Below, in pieces: positions 1 through 9,404 of a DNA stretch of 64,000 nucleotides. The position numbers were made by a program, and so were the translations under genes. The notes beneath the pieces are model-generated. The model had not been told where the DNA came from and searched no databases. It saw nothing but the letters and a program-made list of their open reading frames with translations. Each line of letters starts with the position of its first letter. Position 1 is the stretch's first letter. The DNA comes from an uncultured Rickettsiales bacterium (GTDB taxonomy: Bacteria; Myxococcota_A; UBA796; UBA9615), in the NCBI GenBank assembly GCA_964512225.1, contig CAZEKB010000033.1, positions 424 to 64,423 of the forward strand, in the 5' to 3' direction.

Positions 1-1
1 T

Positions 2-247
2 CCGGGCCGTGAGTCGTACGCCGCGCTGGGGATGAGGCGGAAGTTCGGTCTCATGAAGTCCCTCGGCCGCGGCGCCCGCGCGTCGAAGGCGGGCTTCCGC
101 CAGGGCAAGACCGCGGGCGACGTGTGGCAGCAGGGCGGCGTGGTCCTCTTCGCCCGGGGCGGCGACGTGCTGTGGAACCACATCGACGACGGGGCCGGAC
201 ACGCCTCCGACATCGACGCCTTCCGCGCCGCCGTCGCCGCCCTCTAG
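2..247 (+). CDS. Peroxiredoxin-like AhpC/TSA family protein, 3' part only (5' end outside window)
   Basis: C-terminal ...GFRQGKTAGDVWQQGGVVLF...LWNH.D..AG.. matches the PRXL2/AhpC-TSA_2 tail; frame is open to the window edge. Confidence 0.7.
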   Translation, partial: PGRESYAALGMRRKFGLMKSLGRGARASKAGFRQGKTAGDVWQQGGVVLFARGGDVLWNHIDDGAGHASDIDAFRAAVAAL

Positions 248-308
248 CAAGGAGCCGAGGAAGGCCTCCCCTCGAACCTGGAGGGCTCGCCTCGTCGCGG
301 CTCCGCTC

Positions 309-384
309 GCCGCGCTCGCTCCCCGAGGCCGCGCTCGCTCCCCGACGCCGCGCTCGCTCCCCGACGCCGCGCTCGCTCCCCGAC
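309..384. repeat. Tandem repeat, 4 x 19 bp (GCCGCGCTCGCTCCCCGAC)
   Basis: Units at 309, 328, 347 and 366; the first ends in G instead of C; intergenic. Confidence 0.9.
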
Positions 385-448
385 GCCCCGCGGGGCGACC
401 TCCAGGCGGGTCGGCTCCTCCGTGGGTCCCGAGACCGATCCCGGCAGG

Positions 449-493
449 CGGCAAGAACTCGGTCGTTTCACCGAACCGTGCCGGTTCTTGCCG
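449..493. repeat. 45-bp palindromic element, copy 1
   Basis: CGGCAAGAAC (449-458) and GTTCTTGCCG (484-493) are perfect inverted repeats; inner TCGGT/ACCGA hairpin; near-copy at 1900-1944. Confidence 0.8.
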
Positions 494-546
494 GTTGGGC
501 GAAATAGGGCCGCTGCGATCAAGCCGCTCCCTTCGATCGCCTCCGC

Positions 547-1038
547 ATGCTCGCGGAGTCGATTCGCGGCGGTCGCGAGGGTTGCTTCCCCGACTTCAAC
601 ACGGGCCCGCATCGCCGGCTGCCATGCGACCATCGGTCCGTGGCATCCCTGACGCCCGAGCACCTCTCCGACTTCTGGCCGGACCGCGATTGGGACAATC
701 GGAAGCTCTGGAGCCTGGAGCTGCCCACAAGCTGCTTGCCCCTTGATGACCTGACCTGGGTCCTCGACCTACCGGTGTGGTCGAGTCGGCCCCCCTCGCC
801 GCTCTTCGACCTCGTTCCTCGTACGGTTCTGGAGTCACCCCAGATGCATGCGGAGCACGCTCTGCGAATCCAGCGGGCGAATCTCGAACATCCACTTCTC
901 GTGCATCGATTTCGGGGCCGATGGGTGGTGCTCGATGGGATCCATCGGCTTGCGAAGCTGGTGCAAGCTGGTGCCGGCGTGGTCACGGTGCAGCGCGTCG
1001 GGGCCGGACACCTCGCGGTTGCCGTCCGGGACCACTGA
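547..1038 (+). CDS. ParB/sulfiredoxin-like N-terminal domain protein
   Basis: PLLV...WVVLDGIHRLAK (DGxHR motif); true start may be downstream. Confidence 0.6.
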   Translation: MLAESIRGGREGCFPDFNTGPHRRLPCDHRSVASLTPEHLSDFWPDRDWDNRKLWSLELPTSCLPLDDLTWVLDLPVWSSRPPSPLFDLVPRTVLESPQMHAEHALRIQRANLEHPLLVHRFRGRWVVLDGIHRLAKLVQAGAGVVTVQRVGAGHLAVAVRDH

Positions 1039-1073
1039 TGGAAAGGAGGACCTTCGGGGCCTACAATGGCTCC

Positions 1074-1283
1074 ATGACGGCCGGCTTCGATGCCATGAGC
1101 ACCGCCGAGAGAATCCTGCACGTTCAGGATCTGTGGGACCGCATCGCCGAGAGCCCGGAGGACGTGCCCGTCTCCGAGGGCCTCAAACGCGAACTCGACC
1201 GCCGGTTGGCGGCGCACGAAGCCGATCCCGGCTCGGCGCTCCCCTGGGAACAGGTCAAGGCCGAGCTGAGCAAGACTCGGTGA
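1074..1283 (+). CDS. Addiction module antitoxin component (TIGR02574-like)
   Basis: MS.AERI..VQDLWD.I......P......ELDRR..........PWE.VK pattern; GTGA overlap with the following toxin gene. Confidence 0.85.
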   Translation: MTAGFDAMSTAERILHVQDLWDRIAESPEDVPVSEGLKRELDRRLAAHEADPGSALPWEQVKAELSKTR

Positions 1284-1581
1284 GTCGCCGAATCGTCCTC
1301 CGCCCCGAGGCGGGGGAGGAGCTCGCCGAAGCGCGAGGTTGGTGCGAGGAGCAGCGCCCGGGGCTGGGAGACGAGATGGTCGCCTGCGTCGAGGCTGCGC
1401 TCCAAGCCGCTTCCCGCACGCCCGCCGCCCTCCAGACGGTCCATGGTCCGGTCCGTCGCGTCCTCGTGCGCCGGTTTACGGAGTCTTCTTCTTCGAGACC
1501 GCTTCGACCATCGTGGTTCTGGCCATCTCTCACGCGCATAGGGAACCCGCGTACTGGGAGCGTCGCCTTCGCGAGGAGTAG
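1280..1581 (+). pseudogene. ParE/RelE-family toxin, frameshifted near 1477
   Basis: The N-terminal half (RPEA.EEL.EA..W.EEQRPGLG...VRRVLVRRF) and C-terminal half (YGVFF...IVVLAISH..REP.YW) are in different frames; the usual RRFPY junction is broken. Confidence 0.8.
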
Positions 1582-1899
1582 CTCCGCGAGATGGGCGCGA
1601 GGGGGAGCAAAGAGTGTCCTCCGGCACTTGGTTCAAGATCCGGCGGGAGCGCTGATGCGGCCTTCGGATGGGCCCATGACCGAGGCGCCGGAGCCACAGC
1701 GGCGGCTGTGTCTCCACGGCTCCATCCATGTCGGGCCCTACTTCGCCCAACAGGCGGCTTTCGCAAGCTCGGACTGGGGCGGGGACCGATGGGCGTCGCC
1801 GCAATGAGATTCTCCTGCGGCTCCCTCGTGGCGCATCAAGGCGCCCCACTCCGAGACACCCGCGGCAAGCGCGGGCGTCGCAAGCCGATTGGAGTTCTG

Positions 1900-1944
1900 C
1901 GGCAAGAACTCGGCCGTTTCGCCGAACCGGGCCGGTTTCTTCCG
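1900..1944. repeat. 45-bp palindromic element, copy 2
   Basis: CGGCAAGAACTCGGCCGTTTCGCCGAACCGGGCCGGTTTCTTCCG aligns in direct orientation with 449-493. Confidence 0.8.
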
Positions 1945-1975
1945 GGTCGCCCCTCCAGCAAGCGGGCCGCGACGA

Positions 1976-2656
1976 CTAGCCCGGGTCGTCCACCACCGAC
2001 CGCACCGTCGCCATCAGCTCGTCCGGGTCCCCCAGGGCGAACGCCTTCTTCCACACCCCGGTCCGGTCGTTGCCCACGAGCAGGACCGTCGGGTGGTCCT
2101 CCTTGTTCGGCGTGTACTGCCCGAGCTTCTCGAGCACCCCCGTCACCGCCTCGGCCTCGCCCGTGACGAACGTCCACCCGTCGCCGGCGCCGTACTTGCG
2201 GCCGAACTCCGCCAAGCGCTCCGGCGTGTCGACCGTCGGGTCGAGCGTGATCGATACGAACGAGACCTCCTCGCCCATGCGGTCTCCGAAGCCCTTCGCG
2301 ATCTTCGCCAGCTGCGCCGTGGCGGGCGGGCAGGTCGTCGCGCAGGTCGTGAAGAACGGGTGGATCACCACCGCGCGGCCCTGGATGAGGTCCGTGTAGA
2401 ACCGCACGACCTCGCCCCGCTGGTTCCGCAGCTCGGCGTCCGTGAAGTACTCGCGCCCCGCCGCGCGCCGCTGCTCGTCGTCGTCGGCCGCGTCCGGGGC
2501 CGCGTCCGAGGCCGCGTCCGGGGCCGCGTCCCCGCGGGGCGTGTCCTCGGCGGCCACGTCCGGTCGCGCGTCCCCCACGTCCTCCTTCACCGGCGTCGAC
2601 GTCCCGCAGCCGATGTGGAGGGCGACGAGCGGGGCGAGGACGATGGCGCGGAGCAT
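1976..2656 (-). CDS. SCO1/SenC family lipoprotein
   Basis: FFTTCATTCP (CxxxC), SITLDP..DTPERL, conserved His in EDHPT; lipobox-like N-terminus with DAAP repeats. Confidence 0.9.
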   Translation of the reverse strand: MLRAIVLAPLVALHIGCGTSTPVKEDVGDARPDVAAEDTPRGDAAPDAASDAAPDAADDDEQRRAAGREYFTDAELRNQRGEVVRFYTDLIQGRAVVIHPFFTTCATTCPPATAQLAKIAKGFGDRMGEEVSFVSITLDPTVDTPERLAEFGRKYGAGDGWTFVTGEAEAVTGVLEKLGQYTPNKEDHPTVLLVGNDRTGVWKKAFALGDPDELMATVRSVVDDPG

Positions 2657-2682
2657 CCGCCGACGATACCCGCCCGCGCCGC

Positions 2683-3714
2683 TCAGTCCGCCTCGCCGTC
2701 GAAGTACGACCGCGGCGCGAAGGCCGCCGTCCTGCCCAGCGCGCGCACGTGCACGCGGCCCGTATCGGGGAAGATGCAGACGTCGTCGGGCACGTCCGTC
2801 CCCATCACCAGCAGCACGGCGTCCGGCGCGTCCGGGGGGTTCACGACGTGGTGCGCCACCCCGTCCGCCGGCCGCCAACGCACCACGTCGCCCGGCTGCA
2901 GCCGCGCCTCCTCCAGCGTCGCGTCCTCGAACCGCGGGACCCGCTTCTCCACCGTCCCCCGGAGCTGCTGCAGCAGCGGTGCGCCCTCGAGCACGTACAG
3001 CAGCTCCTCGTCGCCGGTGTGCGCGTGCAGCGGCCCCGTCCGCCCCCCCGGAGGCAGTCGGTCGCGGTTCACGAACACCGCGTAGGCCCCCGCTTCCCGC
3101 GCGAGCGGCATGCCGAACCCGTTCCCGCCCAGGTCCCGCTCGACCATGCGCGACGGCGACGCGACGTGCTTCGGTCGGTCGTCGTCGTCCAACACCACCA
3201 CCCTGCGCCCGGACGCCCGCTCCGCCGCCTCGGCCAGCACCACGTCCGCCGCCGTCGCCCCGAAGATCCCCACCTTCTGGAGCGGCCGCAGCATCGTCTT
3301 GCCGCTGTCCGGGTACTGGCAGATCTCCCCCCAGCGGTCCTCGGACACCGCCAGGAACCGCGCCGGCACCTCCCCCCGGTTGTAGAACCCGTGCGCGATC
3401 CCCGTGTTCGACGGGTACGCGACCAGCTCGCCCGGGTGCAGCGCGAACTCGATGTAGTCCCGCGCCCCCGGATGCAGCTCCCGCACCACCAGCTCGCCGT
3501 CGAGCACCACGAAGTGCTCCTCCTCGAACCGGTGCGAGTGCAGCGGGCACGACCGGGCCCCCGCGGGGACCTCCACGATCCCCGCCCCGAGCAGCGCCTT
3601 CTCCCCCGGGATCAGGGCGCGCCGCCGGGCCGCGAACGGCGGCGGCAGGGGCCAGGCGTGGGGCTCGTCCAGGTCCGCCGTGCGGAGGACGTTGACCGGC
3701 AGCGGGCGCGTCAT
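2683..3714 (-). CDS. Tandem cupin-domain protein
   Basis: Two cupin motifs, LHSH..EEE..VVL.G...H and LHAH...EE..YVLEG...H; ATG at 3714 overlaps the upstream stop. Confidence 0.85.
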   Translation of the reverse strand: MTRPLPVNVLRTADLDEPHAWPLPPPFAARRRALIPGEKALLGAGIVEVPAGARSCPLHSHRFEEEHFVVLDGELVVRELHPGARDYIEFALHPGELVAYPSNTGIAHGFYNRGEVPARFLAVSEDRWGEICQYPDSGKTMLRPLQKVGIFGATAADVVLAEAAERASGRRVVVLDDDDRPKHVASPSRMVERDLGGNGFGMPLAREAGAYAVFVNRDRLPPGGRTGPLHAHTGDEELLYVLEGAPLLQQLRGTVEKRVPRFEDATLEEARLQPGDVVRWRPADGVAHHVVNPPDAPDAVLLVMGTDVPDDVCIFPDTGRVHVRALGRTAAFAPRSYFDGEAD

Positions 3715-4286
3715 CGGCCGATCACGATCCGAGGCTCGCAGTCGAACGCTTCGAGGTACTGGAAGGCGCAGGCCTCGAAGTCCCACTGCAGCGCGCGCAT
3801 GGCCGCGTCGAGGACCTCGAGCTCGGGCGGCGGGGAGCCCCACTCGTACTCCGTGCGGAAGCTCACCTCGCCGAGGTCGAACTGGAAGTACCCACCCCCG
3901 CCGTCGGCGCAGTCGGGGCAGCCGTAGACGGGCGCCAGGTCGCCGATGGGCGTCTCCTCCATCGCCGCCTCGAGCGCGTCGTCCCCCGCCCGGTTGAGCC
4001 CCGGGGCCTCGGACCGCCAGTAGACGATCCCGTCCCAGCCGGAGAGCGTGTACGTGACGGGCCCGTCGGCCGTCAGCACCATGTCCCCCAGGCACTCGCC
4101 GCCGCACTCGCCGAACCACCACCCCCAGGACATGCCCGGGGACGGCACGACGTCGTCGTCGTCGTCGGTGGCGTCGTCGTCGTCGGTGGCGTCGTCGTCG
4201 TCGGGGGGCAGACCTTCGCCGCGGTCCGGGGGACACCCGACGAGCAGGGCGAGGGCGAGGGCGGACGGGACGAGGAGGCGCGTCAT
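3711..4286 (-). CDS. Hypothetical lipoprotein with Asp-rich linker
   Basis: LLVGC lipobox, (DDDDAT)n, Cys pairs including YGCPDCADGG. Confidence 0.75.
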   Translation of the reverse strand: MTRLLVPSALALALLVGCPPDRGEGLPPDDDDATDDDDATDDDDDVVPSPGMSWGWWFGECGGECLGDMVLTADGPVTYTLSGWDGIVYWRSEAPGLNRAGDDALEAAMEETPIGDLAPVYGCPDCADGGGGYFQFDLGEVSFRTEYEWGSPPPELEVLDAAMRALQWDFEACAFQYLEAFDCEPRIVIGR

Positions 4287-4296
4287 GACGCCCGGA

Positions 4297-5616
<1,320 letters not shown>

Positions 5617-5644
5617 GCCGTCGTCATACCATTCGTCGGCCGAC

Positions 5645-5668
5645 TAGTAACTCTGTTTAGAGTTACTA
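5645..5668. promoter_or_regulatory. Perfect AT-rich inverted repeat (putative operator)
   Basis: TAGTAACTCT-GTTT-AGAGTTACTA between divergent genes. Confidence 0.65.
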
Positions 5669-5729
5669 AGCTGATTATCTGCAATCCCCGAGCGGGACGG
5701 CCGTACCTCCCCCACACTCGGAGACCACG

Positions 5730-6242
5730 ATGACGATCACGCGCCGCACCTCCTGGACCCTCTGGCTGCTCCTCACGGCCTTCGCCGTGTTTCACGCGTG
5801 GTCCGGGCTGCAGGGCCTGCCCCCCTACCTGGCGACGCACTTCGACGGCGCGGGCACCCCCAACGGGTGGATGAGCCCCACCTTCTTCTCGTGGTTCATG
5901 GCGGGGATGTGGACGATCATGACGCTGGCCTTCTGGGGGCCGCGCTTCCTGCTCCCGCGCATCTCGACGCAGTGGTTCAACCTCCCGCACAAGGAGTACT
6001 GGCTCGCCCCCGAACGTCGCGAGGCCGCGCTCGACCGCATCTCGGTCCGGCTCGAGGCCTTCGGGCTGGCCACCCTCGCGGGGATGGTGCTCGTCACCGA
6101 GGTGCTGTTCCAGGTGAACCGCACCGGCGACCCCATGCTCCCGGGCGCCTTCGGGACGGGGTTCGTCGTGTACATCGCCGGCTCCCTGATCTGGGGAGTC
6201 GCCTTCATGCGAGCGTTTCGGCTCCCCCCCGGCGCCCGCTGA
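5730..6242 (+). CDS. DUF1648-like membrane protein
   Basis: LP..LATHF...G.PNGWM motif; several hydrophobic helices; NLP.KEYWLAPERR. Confidence 0.8.
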   Translation: MTITRRTSWTLWLLLTAFAVFHAWSGLQGLPPYLATHFDGAGTPNGWMSPTFFSWFMAGMWTIMTLAFWGPRFLLPRISTQWFNLPHKEYWLAPERREAALDRISVRLEAFGLATLAGMVLVTEVLFQVNRTGDPMLPGAFGTGFVVYIAGSLIWGVAFMRAFRLPPGAR

Positions 6243-6453
6243 ACCCGCGTCGGGTCGGGGCCGGCTCACCCGCGTCGTGACCCCTCGGCCCGACCATCGC
6301 TCCACAACATCCGTGCAGCAGTCACGGTGGGTTGCCTGAGAGCCTGCGAAGAGGTGGTGGAGGGGGTAGGCGCGCGCTCAGTCCCGTGCCACATAGACCT
6401 CGCTTGCCGCGAACGGCCCGCTGCCGAACGCCCGAGCGTGGAGTTTCAAGATC

Positions 6454-8589
6454 ATGACGCGTATCCGCCTTACCGGTTCCCTCGCCCTGCTCTTCGCCCT
6501 GGTGGGCTGCGAGCAGACCATCTCCACCCCCACCGAAGTCCCGGACGACGATGACGCCGCCGCGGTGGACGACGATGACGACGACGCGGTCGGCGACGAC
6601 GACGACGCCGGCCCCGAGGTGGTGGACGACGACGACGACGACGGGGGCGACGACGACGACGCCGCGACCGACGACGACGACGACGACACCGACGCCGCCT
6701 GCGCGGCCGTCGCTCCCCTGATCTGCGGGAGCTCCGTCGACGGCGATACGACGTCGGCCCAGGCCACCGCCCAGATCGACGCCTACAGCTGCAGCTCCTG
6801 GGACGAGTCGGGCCCCGAGCTCATCTACAGCTTCTACGCGGGTCAGGACGTCGAGCTCACGGTCGGCTTCGGCGCGATCCAGGAGGGCGTGGACCTCGAC
6901 CTCTGGGTCCTGGCCGACGACCCCACCGTCGGGTGCTCGGGCGACGCGTGCATCGGCTACGGCGACAGCTCCGTGACGGTCGCGGCCCAGGCGGGCGACC
7001 AGCTCTACCTCGTGGTCGACGGCTACTCGGGCGCCGCGGGCACCTTCACCCTCGACGTGGTCTGCGACACGGGCGTGAACCCCGGCGACGACGACGACGA
7101 CGACTGGGGTGACGACGACGACGCGGTGGGCGACGACGACGACGCGGTGGGCGACGACGACGACGCGGTCGCCGTCCCCTCGGGCGACGTGATCATCACC
7201 GAGATCATGAACAACCCCGCGGGGGCCGACGAGACGGTCCTCATGGAGTGGTTCGAGGTGAAGAACACGACCTCGCAGACCATCAACCTCGCGGGCTGGA
7301 CCATCAGCGACAACGGTGCCGACACGCACGTGATCAGCAGCGCGCTCGTGGGCCCGGGGGGCTACCTCGTCCTCGGGCAGAGCACCGATACGACGCTCAA
7401 CGGCGGCGCGACCGTCAACTACAGCTACGGGGCCGACATCGTGCTCGCCAACGGCGACGACGAGATCATCCTCACGGACCCCGCGGGCGCGGTCGTCGAC
7501 GAGGTCGCCTACGACGACGGCCTCGGCTGGCCGGACGTCGCCAACCAGGCCAAGAGCCTCGACGTCACCGCGCTCACGAGCGCCCTGAACGACGACCCCT
7601 CCAACTGGTGCGACAGCCCCGCCGCGACCTACGGCGCGGGCGGCAACGGCACGCCCTTCGGCGCGAACCCGAGCTGCTCGGCGGCCCCCGCGGTCGACAA
7701 CGACAACGACGGCTTCACCGTCCCTGCCGACTGCGACGACGCCGACGCCTCGGTGTTCCCCGGCGCGGTCGAGGTCGCCAACGGCGTGGACGACGACTGC
7801 GACGGCCAGGTGGACGAGGGCCTCGGCGGCGGCACGCTGACCTGCGCGCAGCCCGAGACCGAGCCCAACGACGCCTGGACCCAGTCCGACTCCATGGTCC
7901 CCAACAGCGTCGCGTGCGGCGCGATGGCCTCCCCCGGCGACGTGGACACCTTCGCCATCACCGCGGCCGCCTGGGAGCAGATCACGATCGACATCGACGC
8001 CGCGAGCAACGGCAGCAACCTCGACAGCGTCATCCAGCTCCTCGACGACGCCGGGAACCTGATCGCCGACAACGACGACCAGGCCGCGGGGAACCTCGAC
8101 TCCTACCTGCAGGTGACCGTCGGCGCGGCCGGCACCTACTACGTCACCGTGACCGACTTCTCGGGGGGCGGCGGCGTCAACTACGGGTACGACGTCATCG
8201 TATCCACGGCGCCCGGCTGCAACGCGGTCGAGCTCGAGCCGAACGACACGGCGGTCGACGCCGACCCCACGACCGTCGGCGGCCTCGCCTGCGGGAGCGT
8301 CGACAGCGCCCTCATCTTCACGGACTACGACTACTTCTCGTTCAGCGCGCTGGAGGGTCAGACCATCGACTTCGACGTCGCGGCGCTGTCCATCGGCTCG
8401 ACGCTCGCGGCCGAGCTCGCCATCTTCGACGCGGCGGGCAACGAGCTGGCGTCCGACAACGACAACAACCCGCTGTTCGACCCGTCGATCACCCACACGT
8501 TCGCGGCCGCGGGGACCTACACGGTCCGCATCACCAACGACCTGTACCTGGTGAACGACTCGGGGCCCTACGTCATCGACATCCAGTAG
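6454..8589 (+). CDS. Large surface lipoprotein (PPC-like, lamin-tail and putative metal-binding-motif domains)
   Basis: LVGC lipobox; poly-Asp tracts; VIITEIM.NP (lamin tail); DNDNDGF....DCDD....PGA.E..NG.DDDCDG; E.EPND (PPC-like) repeats. Confidence 0.85.
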   Translation: MTRIRLTGSLALLFALVGCEQTISTPTEVPDDDDAAAVDDDDDDAVGDDDDAGPEVVDDDDDDGGDDDDAATDDDDDDTDAACAAVAPLICGSSVDGDTTSAQATAQIDAYSCSSWDESGPELIYSFYAGQDVELTVGFGAIQEGVDLDLWVLADDPTVGCSGDACIGYGDSSVTVAAQAGDQLYLVVDGYSGAAGTFTLDVVCDTGVNPGDDDDDDWGDDDDAVGDDDDAVGDDDDAVAVPSGDVIITEIMNNPAGADETVLMEWFEVKNTTSQTINLAGWTISDNGADTHVISSALVGPGGYLVLGQSTDTTLNGGATVNYSYGADIVLANGDDEIILTDPAGAVVDEVAYDDGLGWPDVANQAKSLDVTALTSALNDDPSNWCDSPAATYGAGGNGTPFGANPSCSAAPAVDNDNDGFTVPADCDDADASVFPGAVEVANGVDDDCDGQVDEGLGGGTLTCAQPETEPNDAWTQSDSMVPNSVACGAMASPGDVDTFAITAAAWEQITIDIDAASNGSNLDSVIQLLDDAGNLIADNDDQAAGNLDSYLQVTVGAAGTYYVTVTDFSGGGGVNYGYDVIVSTAPGCNAVELEPNDTAVDADPTTVGGLACGSVDSALIFTDYDYFSFSALEGQTIDFDVAALSIGSTLAAELAIFDAAGNELASDNDNNPLFDPSITHTFAAAGTYTVRITNDLYLVNDSGPYVIDIQ

Positions 8590-8611
8590 CCGGCAGGCGG
8601 GAGCCCGGGGC

Positions 8612-9349
8612 TCAGGAGGGGTAGGGGAGCCGGTCGAGGGTGTCGGGGAGGGGGACCGCGATCCACCCTTCGCGGGCCGCGGCCTCGCGCTCTCGGCGCG
8701 GGGGCGGGTGGGTGCGACCCAGGACCGCGGCCCGGGCGACCAGCGACGCCACGAGGGCGTCGAGCTCATCGTCGTCGTCGGCGCACACGTCGGGCACGTC
8801 GAGCCAGGGGGCGGCCGCCCGCAGGGTCTCCACGAGGGCGCCGCGCTCCTCGGCTCGGGCGGGCCCCTTGTACCGGCTCGATACCCCGAACCACACGCCC
8901 AGGGCGGCGGCCGGGTAGGTCTCGAACACCCGCGGATCCGCCGCGCGGTCGAGGACGCCGAGGCGACCGAGCAGGCCCGCACAGCGCAGCCCCGGCATCG
9001 CGATCTGGTCGGTGGAGACGCTCAGGGGTGGGCGCCCGGTGAAGCCCTCGGCCCACACCCACAGGTCGGTGCGCCGCAGGCGGAGGCTCCGCCGCACGTC
9101 GGCGTCCTCCCAGTCCGGGGCCACGGGCCGACCGGAGTGGTGCGCGGTCACGAAGTCCACGAACGTCGCGGGCCAGCCGAAGGGGGCGTCGATGCCCACG
9201 GAGTCGGCGGCGTCGGCGAGGTCGAGCAGGGCGTCGTCGTCGAGGTTGCGCTCGATGCGCTCCACGGTCGCCCGCCCCTCGCGCCACCGCAGGAGGCACG
9301 CCGCGGTGTCGCGGGGCCGGGAGGCGAGGTCGATGCCGAGGGTGAGCAC
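8612..9349 (-). CDS. DUF429 family (RNase H-like) protein
   Basis: LGIDLA, VGIDAPFGWP, R.TD, ETYPAAAL, D..DALVA motifs; GTG start inferred. Confidence 0.85.
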   Translation of the reverse strand: MLTLGIDLASRPRDTAACLLRWREGRATVERIERNLDDDALLDLADAADSVGIDAPFGWPATFVDFVTAHHSGRPVAPDWEDADVRRSLRLRRTDLWVWAEGFTGRPPLSVSTDQIAMPGLRCAGLLGRLGVLDRAADPRVFETYPAAALGVWFGVSSRYKGPARAEERGALVETLRAAAPWLDVPDVCADDDDELDALVASLVARAAVLGRTHPPPRREREAAAREGWIAVPLPDTLDRLPYPS

Positions 9350-9404
9350 GCCCCAGGCTCCCACGCCCCCGGGGGGCGGTCCATCGGGCCGGTAGGATCG
9401 AGCC

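Noticed and set aside
309-384. Possible CRISPR array
   Set aside because: Units are contiguous with no unique spacers, only 19 bp long, and there are no cas genes
449-493. Integron attC site
   Set aside because: Shorter than typical attC, lacks RYYYAAC/GTTRRRY, and no integrase in the window; kept only as a palindromic repeat
1591-1807. Short ORFs between ParE and the second repeat
   Set aside because: No recognisable motif or RBS; cannot be told from chance
6322-8982. Long antisense and alternate-frame ORFs (e.g. 6322..8982, 8766..11687, 21924..25073, 40100..43384, 47179..50079, 56968..60174, 57483..60650)
   Set aside because: Arg/Pro/Gly-rich shadow ORFs typical of high-GC DNA, overlapping well-supported genes
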